In this document: positions 9,958-19,944 of the stretch, in pieces | Position numbering within the stretch: position 1 is the first letter of the stretch | How the letters are laid out: each line of letters opens with the position of its first letter | NCBI GenBank assembly: GCA_000708835.1 | Contig: DF236958.1 | Span: 1-64,000 of the forward strand | Source of the DNA: Klebsormidium nitens | Taxonomy: Eukaryota; Plantae; Klebsormidiophyceae | DNA length: 64,000 nt | Direction: 5' to 3' | The notes under the pieces: model-generated | Database searches by the model: none | Told to the model about the DNA's origin: nothing | The model's input: the letters and a program-made list of their open reading frames with translations, nothing else | Program-made: the position numbers and the translations under genes

Positions 9958-11101
9958 GGCCCACAGCTTGTCCATGGTTATTATGAAAGTCACTCTTTGC
10001 CGCTGTGAAGCATCTGCAAGGTGTGGTCCAGCCAATCCAGCCAATAAGCTTGACCAGCCATCCCATCGAAAAGAAGCAAATGGTATGCACAAATTGGGTG
10101 TGCCCTTTGTGGACCACACCTTGTCAATGGTTATTACGAAAGTCACTCTTTGCCTCTGTGAACCATCNNNNNNNNNNNNNNNNNNNNNNNNNNNNNNNNN
10201 NNNNNNNNNNNNNNNNNNNNNNNNNNNNNNNNNNNNNNNNNNNNNNNNNNNNNNNNNNNNNNNNNNNNNNNNNNNNNNNNNNNNNNNNNNNNNNNNNNNN
10301 NNNNNNNNNNNNNNNNNNNNNNNNNNNNNNNNNNNNNNNNNNNNNNNNNNNNNNNNNNNNNNNNNNNNNNNNNNNNNNNNNNNNNNNNNNNNNNNNNNNN
10401 NNNNNNNNNNNNNNNNNNNNNNNNNNNNNNNNNNNNNNNNNNNNNNNNNNNNNNNNNNNNNNNNNNNNNNNNNNNNNNNNNNNNNNNNNNNNNNNNNNNN
10501 NNNNNNNNNNNNNNNNNNNNNNNNNNNNNNNNNNNNNNNNNNNNNNNNNNNNNNNNNNNNNNNNNNNNNNNNNNNNNNNNNNNNNNNNNNNNNNNNNNNN
10601 NNNNNNNNNNNNNNNNNNNNNNNNNNNNNNNNNNNNNNNNNNNNNNNNNNNNNNNNNNNNNNNNNNNNNNNNNNNNNNNNNNNNNNNNNNNNNNNNNNNN
10701 NNNNNNNNNNNNNNNNNNNNNNNNNNNNNNNNNNNNNNNNNNNNNNNNNNNNNNNNNNNNNNNNNNNNNNNNNNNNNNNNNNNNNNNNNNNNNNNNNNNN
10801 NNNNNNNNNNNNNNNNNNNNNNNNNNNNNNNNNNNNNNNNNNNNNNNNNNNNNNNNNNNTGCAAGGTGTGGTCCAGCCAGTTCAGCCAATAAGCCGGACC
10901 AGCCACCCAGCCAAAATGAAGTGTGGACCACACCTTGTCAATGGTTATTAAGAAAAGTCCATCTTCGCCCCTGCAAAACTTTGCAAGGTGTGGTCCACTC
11001 AATACGCCCGATCAGCCATCCCGTCGAAAAGAAAGCGTGGACCACACCTTGTCAATAGTTGTTAGGAAAGTCACTCTTTGCCTCTGTGAACCATTCGCAA
11101 G
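9958..11101. repeat. Tandem array of family A palindromes in opposite orientation to the 8244 array, spanning the N gap
   Basis: Arms at 9958/10016, 10111, 10861, 10925/10983 and 11039/11097 (truncated). Spacer GTCACTCTTTGCCTCTGTGAACCAT is approximately the reverse complement of the 8398-8440 spacer. Confidence 0.9.
10168..10859. other. Assembly gap (N run)
   Basis: N stretch flanked on both sides by family A repeats. Confidence 0.99.
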
Positions 11102-11160
11102 AACTGAGTTCTTTTAGTCCAAAGAGCGAAACAAGTATTGGGAACGGCGGGCGGGGGGGG

Positions 11161-11690
11161 GCAGTCAAAATGCAAAGTTCAAGGAATCAACTCTAATGAG
11201 ACAGTGCAAATTGACTGCCTTTTTGCGATCAATCACAAAAAAGCGCAGAATCGGGGGCACAGCTTGAAACGCAGTCAAAATGCGTAGTAAGTCTAGACAT
11301 TCAGCTTTTCTGAAACGTGCAGATTGACTTACTTGACGGAGTTTTAACAACCACAGTGGGTCCTGGCGACGACCATATGAACTTTCACTCACGTGCTCGT
11401 GTCCGACCCTCGATCTGTTGAGGAACTCCAGTGGCACAACCCGATCAGGCTGCGCCCGCCAGGCACGCAGGTGGGGCGACGGCTGAGAGACGCAGTCAAA
11501 ATGCACAGTCAGTCTTTACAAACAGCTTCTCATAGACGTGCAAATTGACTGCCTTCGCTTCTATCCACCACAGAGGCACGCAGACGGTCCACCACAGAGG
11601 CACGCAGACGGGGCACGGCTGAGGGGCGCATTCGAAACGCGCCAACGACCTACACATTTGACCTTCTAACACGGTGAAGATTGACTGCCT
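11161..11690. repeat. Second palindrome family (B): GCAGTCAAAATGCR-N30-33-TGCARATTGACTKM, 3 full units plus 1 partial
   Basis: Arm pairs at 11161/11205, 11271/11318 and 11492/11539; lone right arm at ~11675. Confidence 0.75.
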
Positions 11691-13639
11691 TCTATCAGTC
11701 AACCACCACGAGGCGCAGAGAACATGACACAATCAAAAAGCACCAACAAACTGACGAATCAACTAAAGGCCCCACTCACTTGCATCTGCTCGTCGTCCTG
11801 CGGGGCGCTGGTCCTTGTATCTTGCCGCTGGGAACTGTCTCCAGAAGTCATGGCGCACCGCCGTTTCTTTTGACCGGTCGCTGTTTCAAGCTCAGTTTCT
11901 AGAGCTTGGGCCGTTAGGTCGGGCTCGAAGGCTTGGTTGAAAGCATTATCTGCACTTGGAAGCACGGGATCAGCCCTCCTGATGCAAATTGCCAAAAAAA
12001 ACAGCTCCCCCAGCAAACCCTATGCGCTTGGATTGCCCTCGTCTATTAGGCAAAGCGGGTGTGGCGGTCAACGCAATCAGCCCCTAAGCAGACACGGTTG
12101 CTGGGGCCAAGAGTCCGATCAGCTCCCAGCATACCCAAAACCAGCCCAGACTTGCAGCCACAAGCAGGTCTACGAACAGTCCACGATCAGTTCCCCAGCG
12201 GTCACTATATTCAGTTCGTAAAAAGCACCAAATCAGCACCAGATTAGCAGACCATGAACATGCCAAAGCTGAAAGCTGAAGCTTTCGAAAGCTGAAGCTG
12301 ACGCGCGAGCCGAGCCTAGAGCTTGAACATCTCCTCTTTCTTTGCATGGATGCAACGAATTGGCCTGTACACTTGATTCAACATACAACCTTCACTCTCC
12401 CAGCCTGTCACCACATTAAATAAGCTGATTGAAGGCAACTCACGACTAAAGCCGAGCACACGCAGAATAGTTTCGAATCCATGAGGCTTCTTGTACTTTG
12501 CTTTTGAAAGTACTGCCTATGCAGGTTGACTGGCCCCATTCATACCATGGTTTTGGAGGAAGCATCCTGGGGCAGTCGATTCCCACTGCTTTATAGGTCA
12601 TAAAGCGGGGCCAATGCAATCTGACTGTCCCTCTTTAATCAGCTCAATCAGCTGAAGAAGCTCCCCGCTAGAGGTGGCAGTCAATCTGCACATTGCCACA
12701 GATTGAGGAAGGACGCTCACCTTGATTGCTCCAGTGGCTGCCCCTTTCGCAGCCATGTGTTCAAGCGCGCTGCAAGATGCGTTCTGCTTTCTGCAGGCCA
12801 CCCTTCCTCTCTCTCCCAATCTTCCTTCTCTGACTTGCCAGGTCCGAATTCTGCTGAAGGAGCTGGTCTGCAACCTTACAAGTCTAAAGAGCCGCGACAC
12901 TAAGCAAGGCGGCAGGAGCTGGCGCCCCTTGCTGGTATGTGAAGATGTTTTTCAGAAATCCCAAGATGTTTCTGGAATCTTCTCAGCTGACAGGGAAGGT
13001 TTTGAAAAGTGCCAGTTGTGCAGATCGCCAATGGGGCGCCATGGACTGTTGAGGTCCGCCAAGAAGCGCCATGGCTGCTGAATTCCGCCAAGGGCCGCCA
13101 TGCCTGCGAAAATCCGCCAGTGGACGCGCCACTGCCAGCTCAGCTTCTTCCCTGGGAGCTATGGGAAGCTTAGAGCTGGCAACTAGGCTGGGTTTGCTCG
13201 ATGGTCTGCCAGCAGGCAGCAACTCTGTGGTAAGGGTCGGGACGGGAACTTCTCGAAGGGCCGGTACGCTTCGGCAACGAACCGACGGTACCAAGACCTA
13301 AAAAGTGCTGGGTATGGCCGGCCCGCCCAGGGGGGTATGACATGGCCGCCTGGGAGTGGCCGGAACTGGGGTTCACAAGCGCATCGTCTCGAAAAAAAGG
13401 AGGTCAAGAGATTCTCGGGTCTGCGGGGACTTGAGTGGCATAAATTATCGACTAGGCGTATCAGTCCTTGTCGAATGTCAAAGTTTCATGCGTGCTGTTG
13501 CGCTTGGCCAAGAACATAGCGAATTGCCACGTGTGAGTATGACGGTCGTCGATTACTTTGATCGAGCGGCGGCCGCACACGCAGGCTCGAAGATCAATTA
13601 TTATATATTTTTAAAAAGTTCTAAAATTGTGCGTCCGCG

Positions 13640-13712
13640 ACCTTTTTAGCCTAGTGGTTAAAGAGGTTGGTCGGATGGCTTGAGGTCCTGGGTTCGAGTC
13701 CGAGCTCTGGCA
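13640..13712 (+). other. tRNA-derived sequence (pseudo-tRNA or SINE head)
   Basis: Pol III A-box TAGCCTAGTGG (13647-13657) and B-box GGTTCGAGTCC (13691-13701) at tRNA-like spacing; the acceptor stem does not pair. Confidence 0.55.
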
Positions 13713-13989
13713 GTGTCGCGTTTACACCACTTCATTGTCAATGGGTTGCCGTGGACACGTGGCGATTTCCTATGTTCTTGCCATGCGTGAACCTACGCAT
13801 GAGGGTTTCGATACAATTTGTCGAATGCGTTACATGCGTTACATATATACATATGAGTCTGTGTCAGGTTTCGACTTCGACTTCGATAGATGGAGAGTGA
13901 CTATAACACATGTCTTCGGTGAAACTTATGCCAAACTTCACTTGGTTTGCTGGTGAGAATATTTGGAAAATTTTATGTACGGAGCCCGC

Positions 13990-14260
13990 AGACAAGGTAG
14001 ACAGGACAGACAGGCGTTTGGATCATGTTTGCCGGCCTATCCCAGGCCATACCTGGTAATATGTAAGTTGTACTTCACGGAGTCACCAGACAGGTAGACA
14101 GCACAGACAGGAGTTCATATCGTGGCTCCCGGCCTATTCCAGTTCGTACCTGGTAATATGTAGAAATATTGTAATTCAGGGAGCAGGTAGACAGCACAGA
14201 CAGGAATTCGGATCGTGGCTCCCGGCCTTTCCCCGGCCATACCTTGTAAGAAATTTGTAG
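13990..14260. repeat. ~95-bp imperfect tandem repeat x3
   Basis: GGTAGACAG(G/C)ACAGACAGG at ~13996, ~14093 and ~14187; ATCGTGGCTCCCGGCCT recurs. Confidence 0.7.
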
Positions 14261-15869
14261 CTGAGGCCATACCCCATATCGAAGCCGAAATATTATAACT
14301 GACTTCTGGAAAAAACGAGGTGAAACGGCTAAAGGTCGTGAGTAGCTCGGTTTTCATGCGACCATTCTTGTGCGTTACGTCGACGGCCTGTAATATGGAC
14401 TGCGTATATTGGGTGTTATCCTGTAAAAGGACGAGCATAGAGCATAGCTTATGCGCTACAAAGCAGGCCGGGTTGAGCGCGTTCTGCGCGCGCTTAGTAG
14501 TAATGTGCAAGGTGGGCCCGGGCCGCTGCTGTCAGGATTTTAAAAGCGCATATATTTGGTCAGCTAATGGTAAGCTATTGAAATTCATAGCTTATAAGAT
14601 GATTGATGCTCCATTCGTCGCATTCTGATTGGCTAATGCTGTTTGGACGCTGGAGCCACTTTCGTACGGCAGATGCACAATGTCCGTCACACGTGTCAAG
14701 CTAGCCTGCGCGCGCGAAAGCATGTTTTACACGTGCGAATATATACTACTGCGCGCGTGTCATTTTCTGCACGTGCTCTTATGGACGGTTCGATGATTAA
14801 GTGGCGTAGAAAATGCAGCGCATCCCGTAAATGCTGCGCAAGACGACAAGAATATTTTGTCGAGAGTTCCCCCTAAAAACGAGGTGAAACGACAAAAAAC
14901 GACCAGTATTTTGAAACACCCCCCTAAAGTCACCGATTATTGGCGCTGGAAACGAGAAAAAACGACCCCTGAACGAGGAGAATGACATCCATTTCGAGTC
15001 ATCCAGTCCCTCACGCAGTAGATGAAGTGTTGATTTGACGCGCAGAGTCCCGCCCGTGTGGATACGGTAAATTTAATTTGCTAGGCTTTTCGGGCCTAGA
15101 CTCATATCGACTGAAAACACTCAATGCGAGTAAAATTGTGCGATCGATCGCTGAGTGCCTACACCCGGCGCAATCGAAAAGTACTTTAATTTTAACCGAC
15201 GGTCCGACTCAGTTCGTATTTCGACGTCGACGTTCATGGAAAGTTCCCCAAAGAAAAAAAAAGGGCAAATCGCTATCGAACCAAATTTGGCGCCGGGTCT
15301 GGTCCAGCCCACGATGGGTCCAAAACTCATACGACGACTAAAATCCCCTTAAGTGAGTGGTCCAGTCTGGAGCGTCACTTTCCGGGGTGGACGCCGATTT
15401 CAACCGCGGGATCTCAGCTTATATCATAAATGATATAAACCGAGCTAAAAATATAGTATAACGGATCCACAGTACAGAGTTTTTCCTTGGGGCCTTGATG
15501 GCCAATGTGTATGTATGTACGACCATACCAGATGATTTTGTAGCACAATTTGAAGAGAGAGGAAGAGAAAAGAGACTAGTACCATAGCATTTGTTTTTCC
15601 TCTTAGGAAGAAGTTTGTGGAATATGTATGTATGTTAGGCACTTGGGGAAAAGGGACAATCTTTGTCCCTAAGTTCCGACGCAATGCGCGGGTGGCCGGA
15701 GGGAGTAAACTTGGGGTCGGAAGAGCTTTCGACCTGTGGTACAACCCTACTGGACCATTTTACTCTTGTGGATCCTGGGGGGTATGCCTTTGCGCTCTCA
15801 AATCGGCTAGAACTTTGGTTTGATTTTCATTCGACTTGCTGGTGCAGATTGTCAAGTAACGCTGGCGAG

Positions 15870-16135
15870 TCCATACATCAATGGAAGAGAGGCCATGCCA
15901 AATGACTTCAGACCGCCCTGTCCGTTACAACATGTCCACAAAACATCCACATGGTTTGCGTCAACTCGTACTCCCAAGTCTGTACATCAAAGGAAGAGAG
16001 GCCGTGCAAAACGACTTCGGTCTACTCCACCTTATACAACGTTTTCACAAAATCGTCCGGGATTGTTTGAGTCAATTCGCAGGCCCACGTCTATACATCA
16101 AAGGAAGAAGGGCCATGCAAAACGACCTTGAACCG
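15870..16135. repeat. ~110-bp imperfect tandem repeat x3
   Basis: TACATCAA(A/T)GGAAGA.AGGCC.TGC.AAA.GAC at ~15874, ~15983 and ~16094. Confidence 0.7.
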
Positions 16136-16156
16136 CTCCTACTGCTTTGCCCCTAT

Positions 16157-19100
16157 TTAGCCTGCGGCTGCCCGCAACCATGGGTGCTCGAGTGCTTCTG
16201 CGGCACTGCACTTTTTGGCCTTTAAAGCCAGCACGAACTCCTTTGCATCTCCGTTAAACGACTGCAAATCTTTCAGAATACCCTCCAGCAGGATCCCAAT
16301 TTCGAACATGTCGCTCGCTGTGGTATACCTCCTGTTCTCATCCAAGACCCCAGGCATGTGACAGATGGCAAGCTTACAGTTTTGCGATACCACATCCCCT
16401 TCCTTTGCAGCCGATTCTAAATCAATCACCATGAATGCTCTGCCCAAACCCCTTGAATGGGAACCCGCAATGTCTGAGCCCCCAACATCAGCCCTTGTGC
16501 TGTCCAGGCTTCCATTGTCCGCCCCCAAGCAAACAATGTTCGGCATGCGGAAATCCCTGTGCACGATACCATTTGAGTGGAGCGTTCTTGCTGCACTGCA
16601 GCAAGCGTATGCAATAGCGCGGGCGTCCTGCGAATCAGGATCCAACCAGAATCTATGAGAAGGTGACAACGAAGGACAGGTGACAGCTTATCATCTCTTT
16701 CTAATCCTTGTCTGCAAGCCTACAATAAGGTACATCATTCCTTCCATCCGCAAGCAGGATTGGTCATCTAAAGCGTATTCTCAGCAACTGCGCCTTTGGT
16801 ACTCTACACAACCGAGTTGAGGCGGGCACAACAGATTGCAGACAAGATCCCAGTCCATCATCTCTGAGGATATAGAAAGGATCAGATACGGCGTAAACAC
16901 ACATCTGCTTCATTGAATGCGAGGAGCTCACCTGGGGATCAGAAGCAGGCCTCCCGTAGCCGAGGGGTGTCGTCTCAACTGAGTAAGTCTTCCGCCGCCC
17001 TTGCACCTCGGGGCTACACTTTGCCTGGATCAGAGATGGTTGCAGACCTGACGCTGCTGCCTCCGCCGCTGCTTCTTGCGCTGCCTTGTAAGCACGATCC
17101 ACAGCCTCGAAGCTCGTCTCATAGTCTTCGCAATACTTGTCAAAGTTGGAGATGACCTTCTGAGCCCCATCTTCATGGAAGACGATCTTCGCCCCTGCCA
17201 CAGATTAATGGAATATGCATGCAGTTGGAGCCTGCTCGAAACCTACCGGTTTTATTGGAATGTCCCTTAAGATAAGGTTAATATTTTTCGTGTGCCCTGA
17301 ACTCCCGAAGAACCTCAATGTGACCCTAGCAGCAAGTCACCAAGCCAAAACTCAGGCACCAGGAATGGTTGGAGACATGCATAATGCATGTTAGAAAGTC
17401 TTGCCAAAGCGCCAGCAGTGAAGCAGAGAAGGCACTTGGAAGCTTCTTGCAGTTTTCTACTTCAATCCAGCATGCTATGTGTCTTTTCACTCTCGCAAGT
17501 GCGACAGATGACAATACAAAACCTCTCTGGTGTGCCTCATGCCACCTGTTGTAAGGAGCCCACAGACAACGCAACTAAGGAGAATCTAAAGCGGATGTTC
17601 AAAGGGTTGGCCAAGCGTTGGATAAAGGAGACAGCAAGAAGTCTGGTTCTCACCCGAAGGTCGTTCCAACAGGTCATAGACAGGAACTCTGCCTAGAAGC
17701 TCAGGTACACTTTGGGCCATGACATCCAGGAGACGGTAGATGAAGACCACATTCTTGACCCACTTGATGCGGTCCTGCCTTTCCAAGAGGTTGAGCTCCT
17801 CCCCAATTTCAGCAATCTGCACAATCACACAGGAATGATCAGAGATGTTGACCAAGATCACTGGCGGGGTTGTCAACCCACCCTCCAATACCTCACCAAG
17901 CAGGCAGGTTCCGGCCATCTTTCTGAGCGGATTATCAGACACAAGTCCCGTCTAGAGCCCATGCAAACACAGGGCCCCAACAAACAAAGAATTGAAAACC
18001 TTTTACATACGCAGGCAACCACAGACAGCATTGAAAAAGGCAGAGTCTCAAACGGAATGCCCAAGAGGACACTCACATCTTGCTGCCCTGCTCCCATCCA
18101 GAACCACTTGAAGATCCCCTCAGCTGCTGCATACCCCACAATAAACTTCAGGTCTCCATAATGCATCATGGATAGCTTCAGCTTTTTTCGGCGTAGATCT
18201 TCCACTCCTTCCAGCATTCTTCTTTTCTTATCCTCTCCAATGAGCAGCGTGCATGCCTTGGCAATTCCCAGCGTGTCAGGCCGCTTTCCTCGAGCGATGG
18301 CTTGACTGCTGGTATCTGACTCAGCGGCATTGAAGGTCAACTTAGGCTTCAGCTCGAGCCCGCTCAGCTTCTCAAGGAGGCTAAACAACTGCAGCAGACT
18401 GCTGCTCACATGCAAAGTTATATTCTGTTCTGTTGTGGCTTTTGGAGGTTCATTTAAGATCCAACTGCTGAGAAAGGCTGGCAGTCGAGACCCATCCGTT
18501 GATACCAGGTGCTGCTCTGCAAGTTGCGCATCTTCTGATTGAACAGCAGTGTAACACTCTGATGTCACTGGTATCCTGGCGCTTTGCGAGTGCCTCAATG
18601 CCGCATCTAGCTCGGCTCGCACACTGGGGAGAGCAGGTGGTGGTCCTGGTAAAAGGTGCTGGATATATTCCCGGGATCTGTCCCCTGCGCACAAGTTGCA
18701 AACATGTTTAAAAACCCTTCCATGGAAGCACATTCAGCCAACAAATACACCTGCGTAATCCTAAGCAAACAAGCAGCGAAGACTTTTCAGAGAAGAAGAA
18801 AGCTTGCAACATAGGAGGAAAGATGCGGACATGCATGTCACTTACCAGTTCCTGTGATACTTGGACCAGCAGCCGCTGCACAAGGCCAAAACTGAAAGTC
18901 AGCACGAATGAAACAGAGTCCCCGCTGCCAAGCAGGCTGTAGAGGTTTGAAAATCAGCAGCAATGTCATGCTCAAAGCTCTAGGTGCAGAGTACTCAGCA
19001 GCCAGGACGAGACAAGCCTACTGTGCCACATCTCCTCAATGAGCACCGATGCATTGCCTTTGTTGACTCAAAGAAAAGGCAAGCATCCAGAATTGGTCTA

Positions 19101-19944
19101 ATGCAGCAAGCAGAGTCTGTATGAATGCTTCTGCCGGGCAACTTCCATACCAAACACCAAGCTCAGGGATTGTGTGACCTCTCTTTCTGGCCAGACAGGT
19201 GAAACAACCCAAGAGGCAGAGGAAGACACTCCAAACAGGCACCGGCTCTCCGGAGGCGGGGTGACAATCGACTGCGTCTACCATTAGCCAGAGAGCTCCG
19301 GCAATCTGCCAGATTGCAGGCATGCACAGTTGCTGTTGCACAGGTCTAACATTTGTTCTGATTATGCACTGAATGCTGCTCTATGGTTTCAAGCAATCAT
19401 ATGCTACCTTGAACTCCCAGATAGCAAACCAAGTGCAACGACTATTTGCTGACTGGAGCCGCTCCACTTTGTCCTACACTGGGCGAAATTTTAGTGATAT
19501 AGTTGAAAGAGAAGGTTTTCCAATACTTTGGTTCAATTTATTGTGTTCAAGGACTTATGCTCAAGGAGGGCAGAAAATAATCCTCAGGCAACTCGTGCTC
19601 TGAGTCGCTAGTGGGGTTCTCCCTTGCAGCCAATCTTCTGGAGACAACTCGAACATGCTCATGCAATGACGATGCAAACAGATTGTCCAGCCTGAAAGAG
19701 ACTCCAGATGTGCCTCACCCCGCACTTCCCTGAAGGTGTAGCTGCCAGCAGGCACCTGGCGGCTCGTGTGTATGGAGATCACGCGCTCCCCCACTGTCTT
19801 CGTCAGCTCTCCTCTGCCCCAGCCTTTTGTGACGTCGAGATAGTCCAGCACATCCTTGCAGAGGTATGGCGGGTCGTCGAGTGTGCAAAATTCCTCGGTG
19901 TCGCCTCTCCTGATCGTGATTAGTGGGGGATCGCTGACCTCCAT
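16157..19944 (-). CDS. Crinkler (CRN)-like protein: N-terminal domain + REase-fold domain + Ser/Thr kinase (6 exons, ~586 aa)
   Basis: Exons 19944-19719, 18875-18846, 18684-18077, 17816-17654, 17194-16932 and 16627-16157, all phase-compatible with GT-AG sites. Motifs RPD..TLLIGEDK...DLRRK..YG.L.FIVGYAAA; kinase HRDFRMPNIV, VIDLE, SDMFEIG and HPWL. Confidence 0.75.

Noticed and set aside
8244-11101. CRISPR array
   Set aside because: Spacers and linkers are homologous to one another rather than unique, the period is ~142 bp, no cas genes are present and the context is eukaryotic.
11759-13300. Possible degraded membrane-protein or other ORFs
   Set aside because: Fragmented frames with no recognisable family or consistent splice model.
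13640-13712. Functional tRNA gene
   Set aside because: The acceptor and D stems do not pair and no clear anticodon arm is present; kept only as tRNA-derived.
15417-15447. Hairpin TTATATCAT-AA-ATGATATAA as a Helitron 3' end
   Set aside because: No CTRR terminus at the expected distance and no matching 5' TC end identified.
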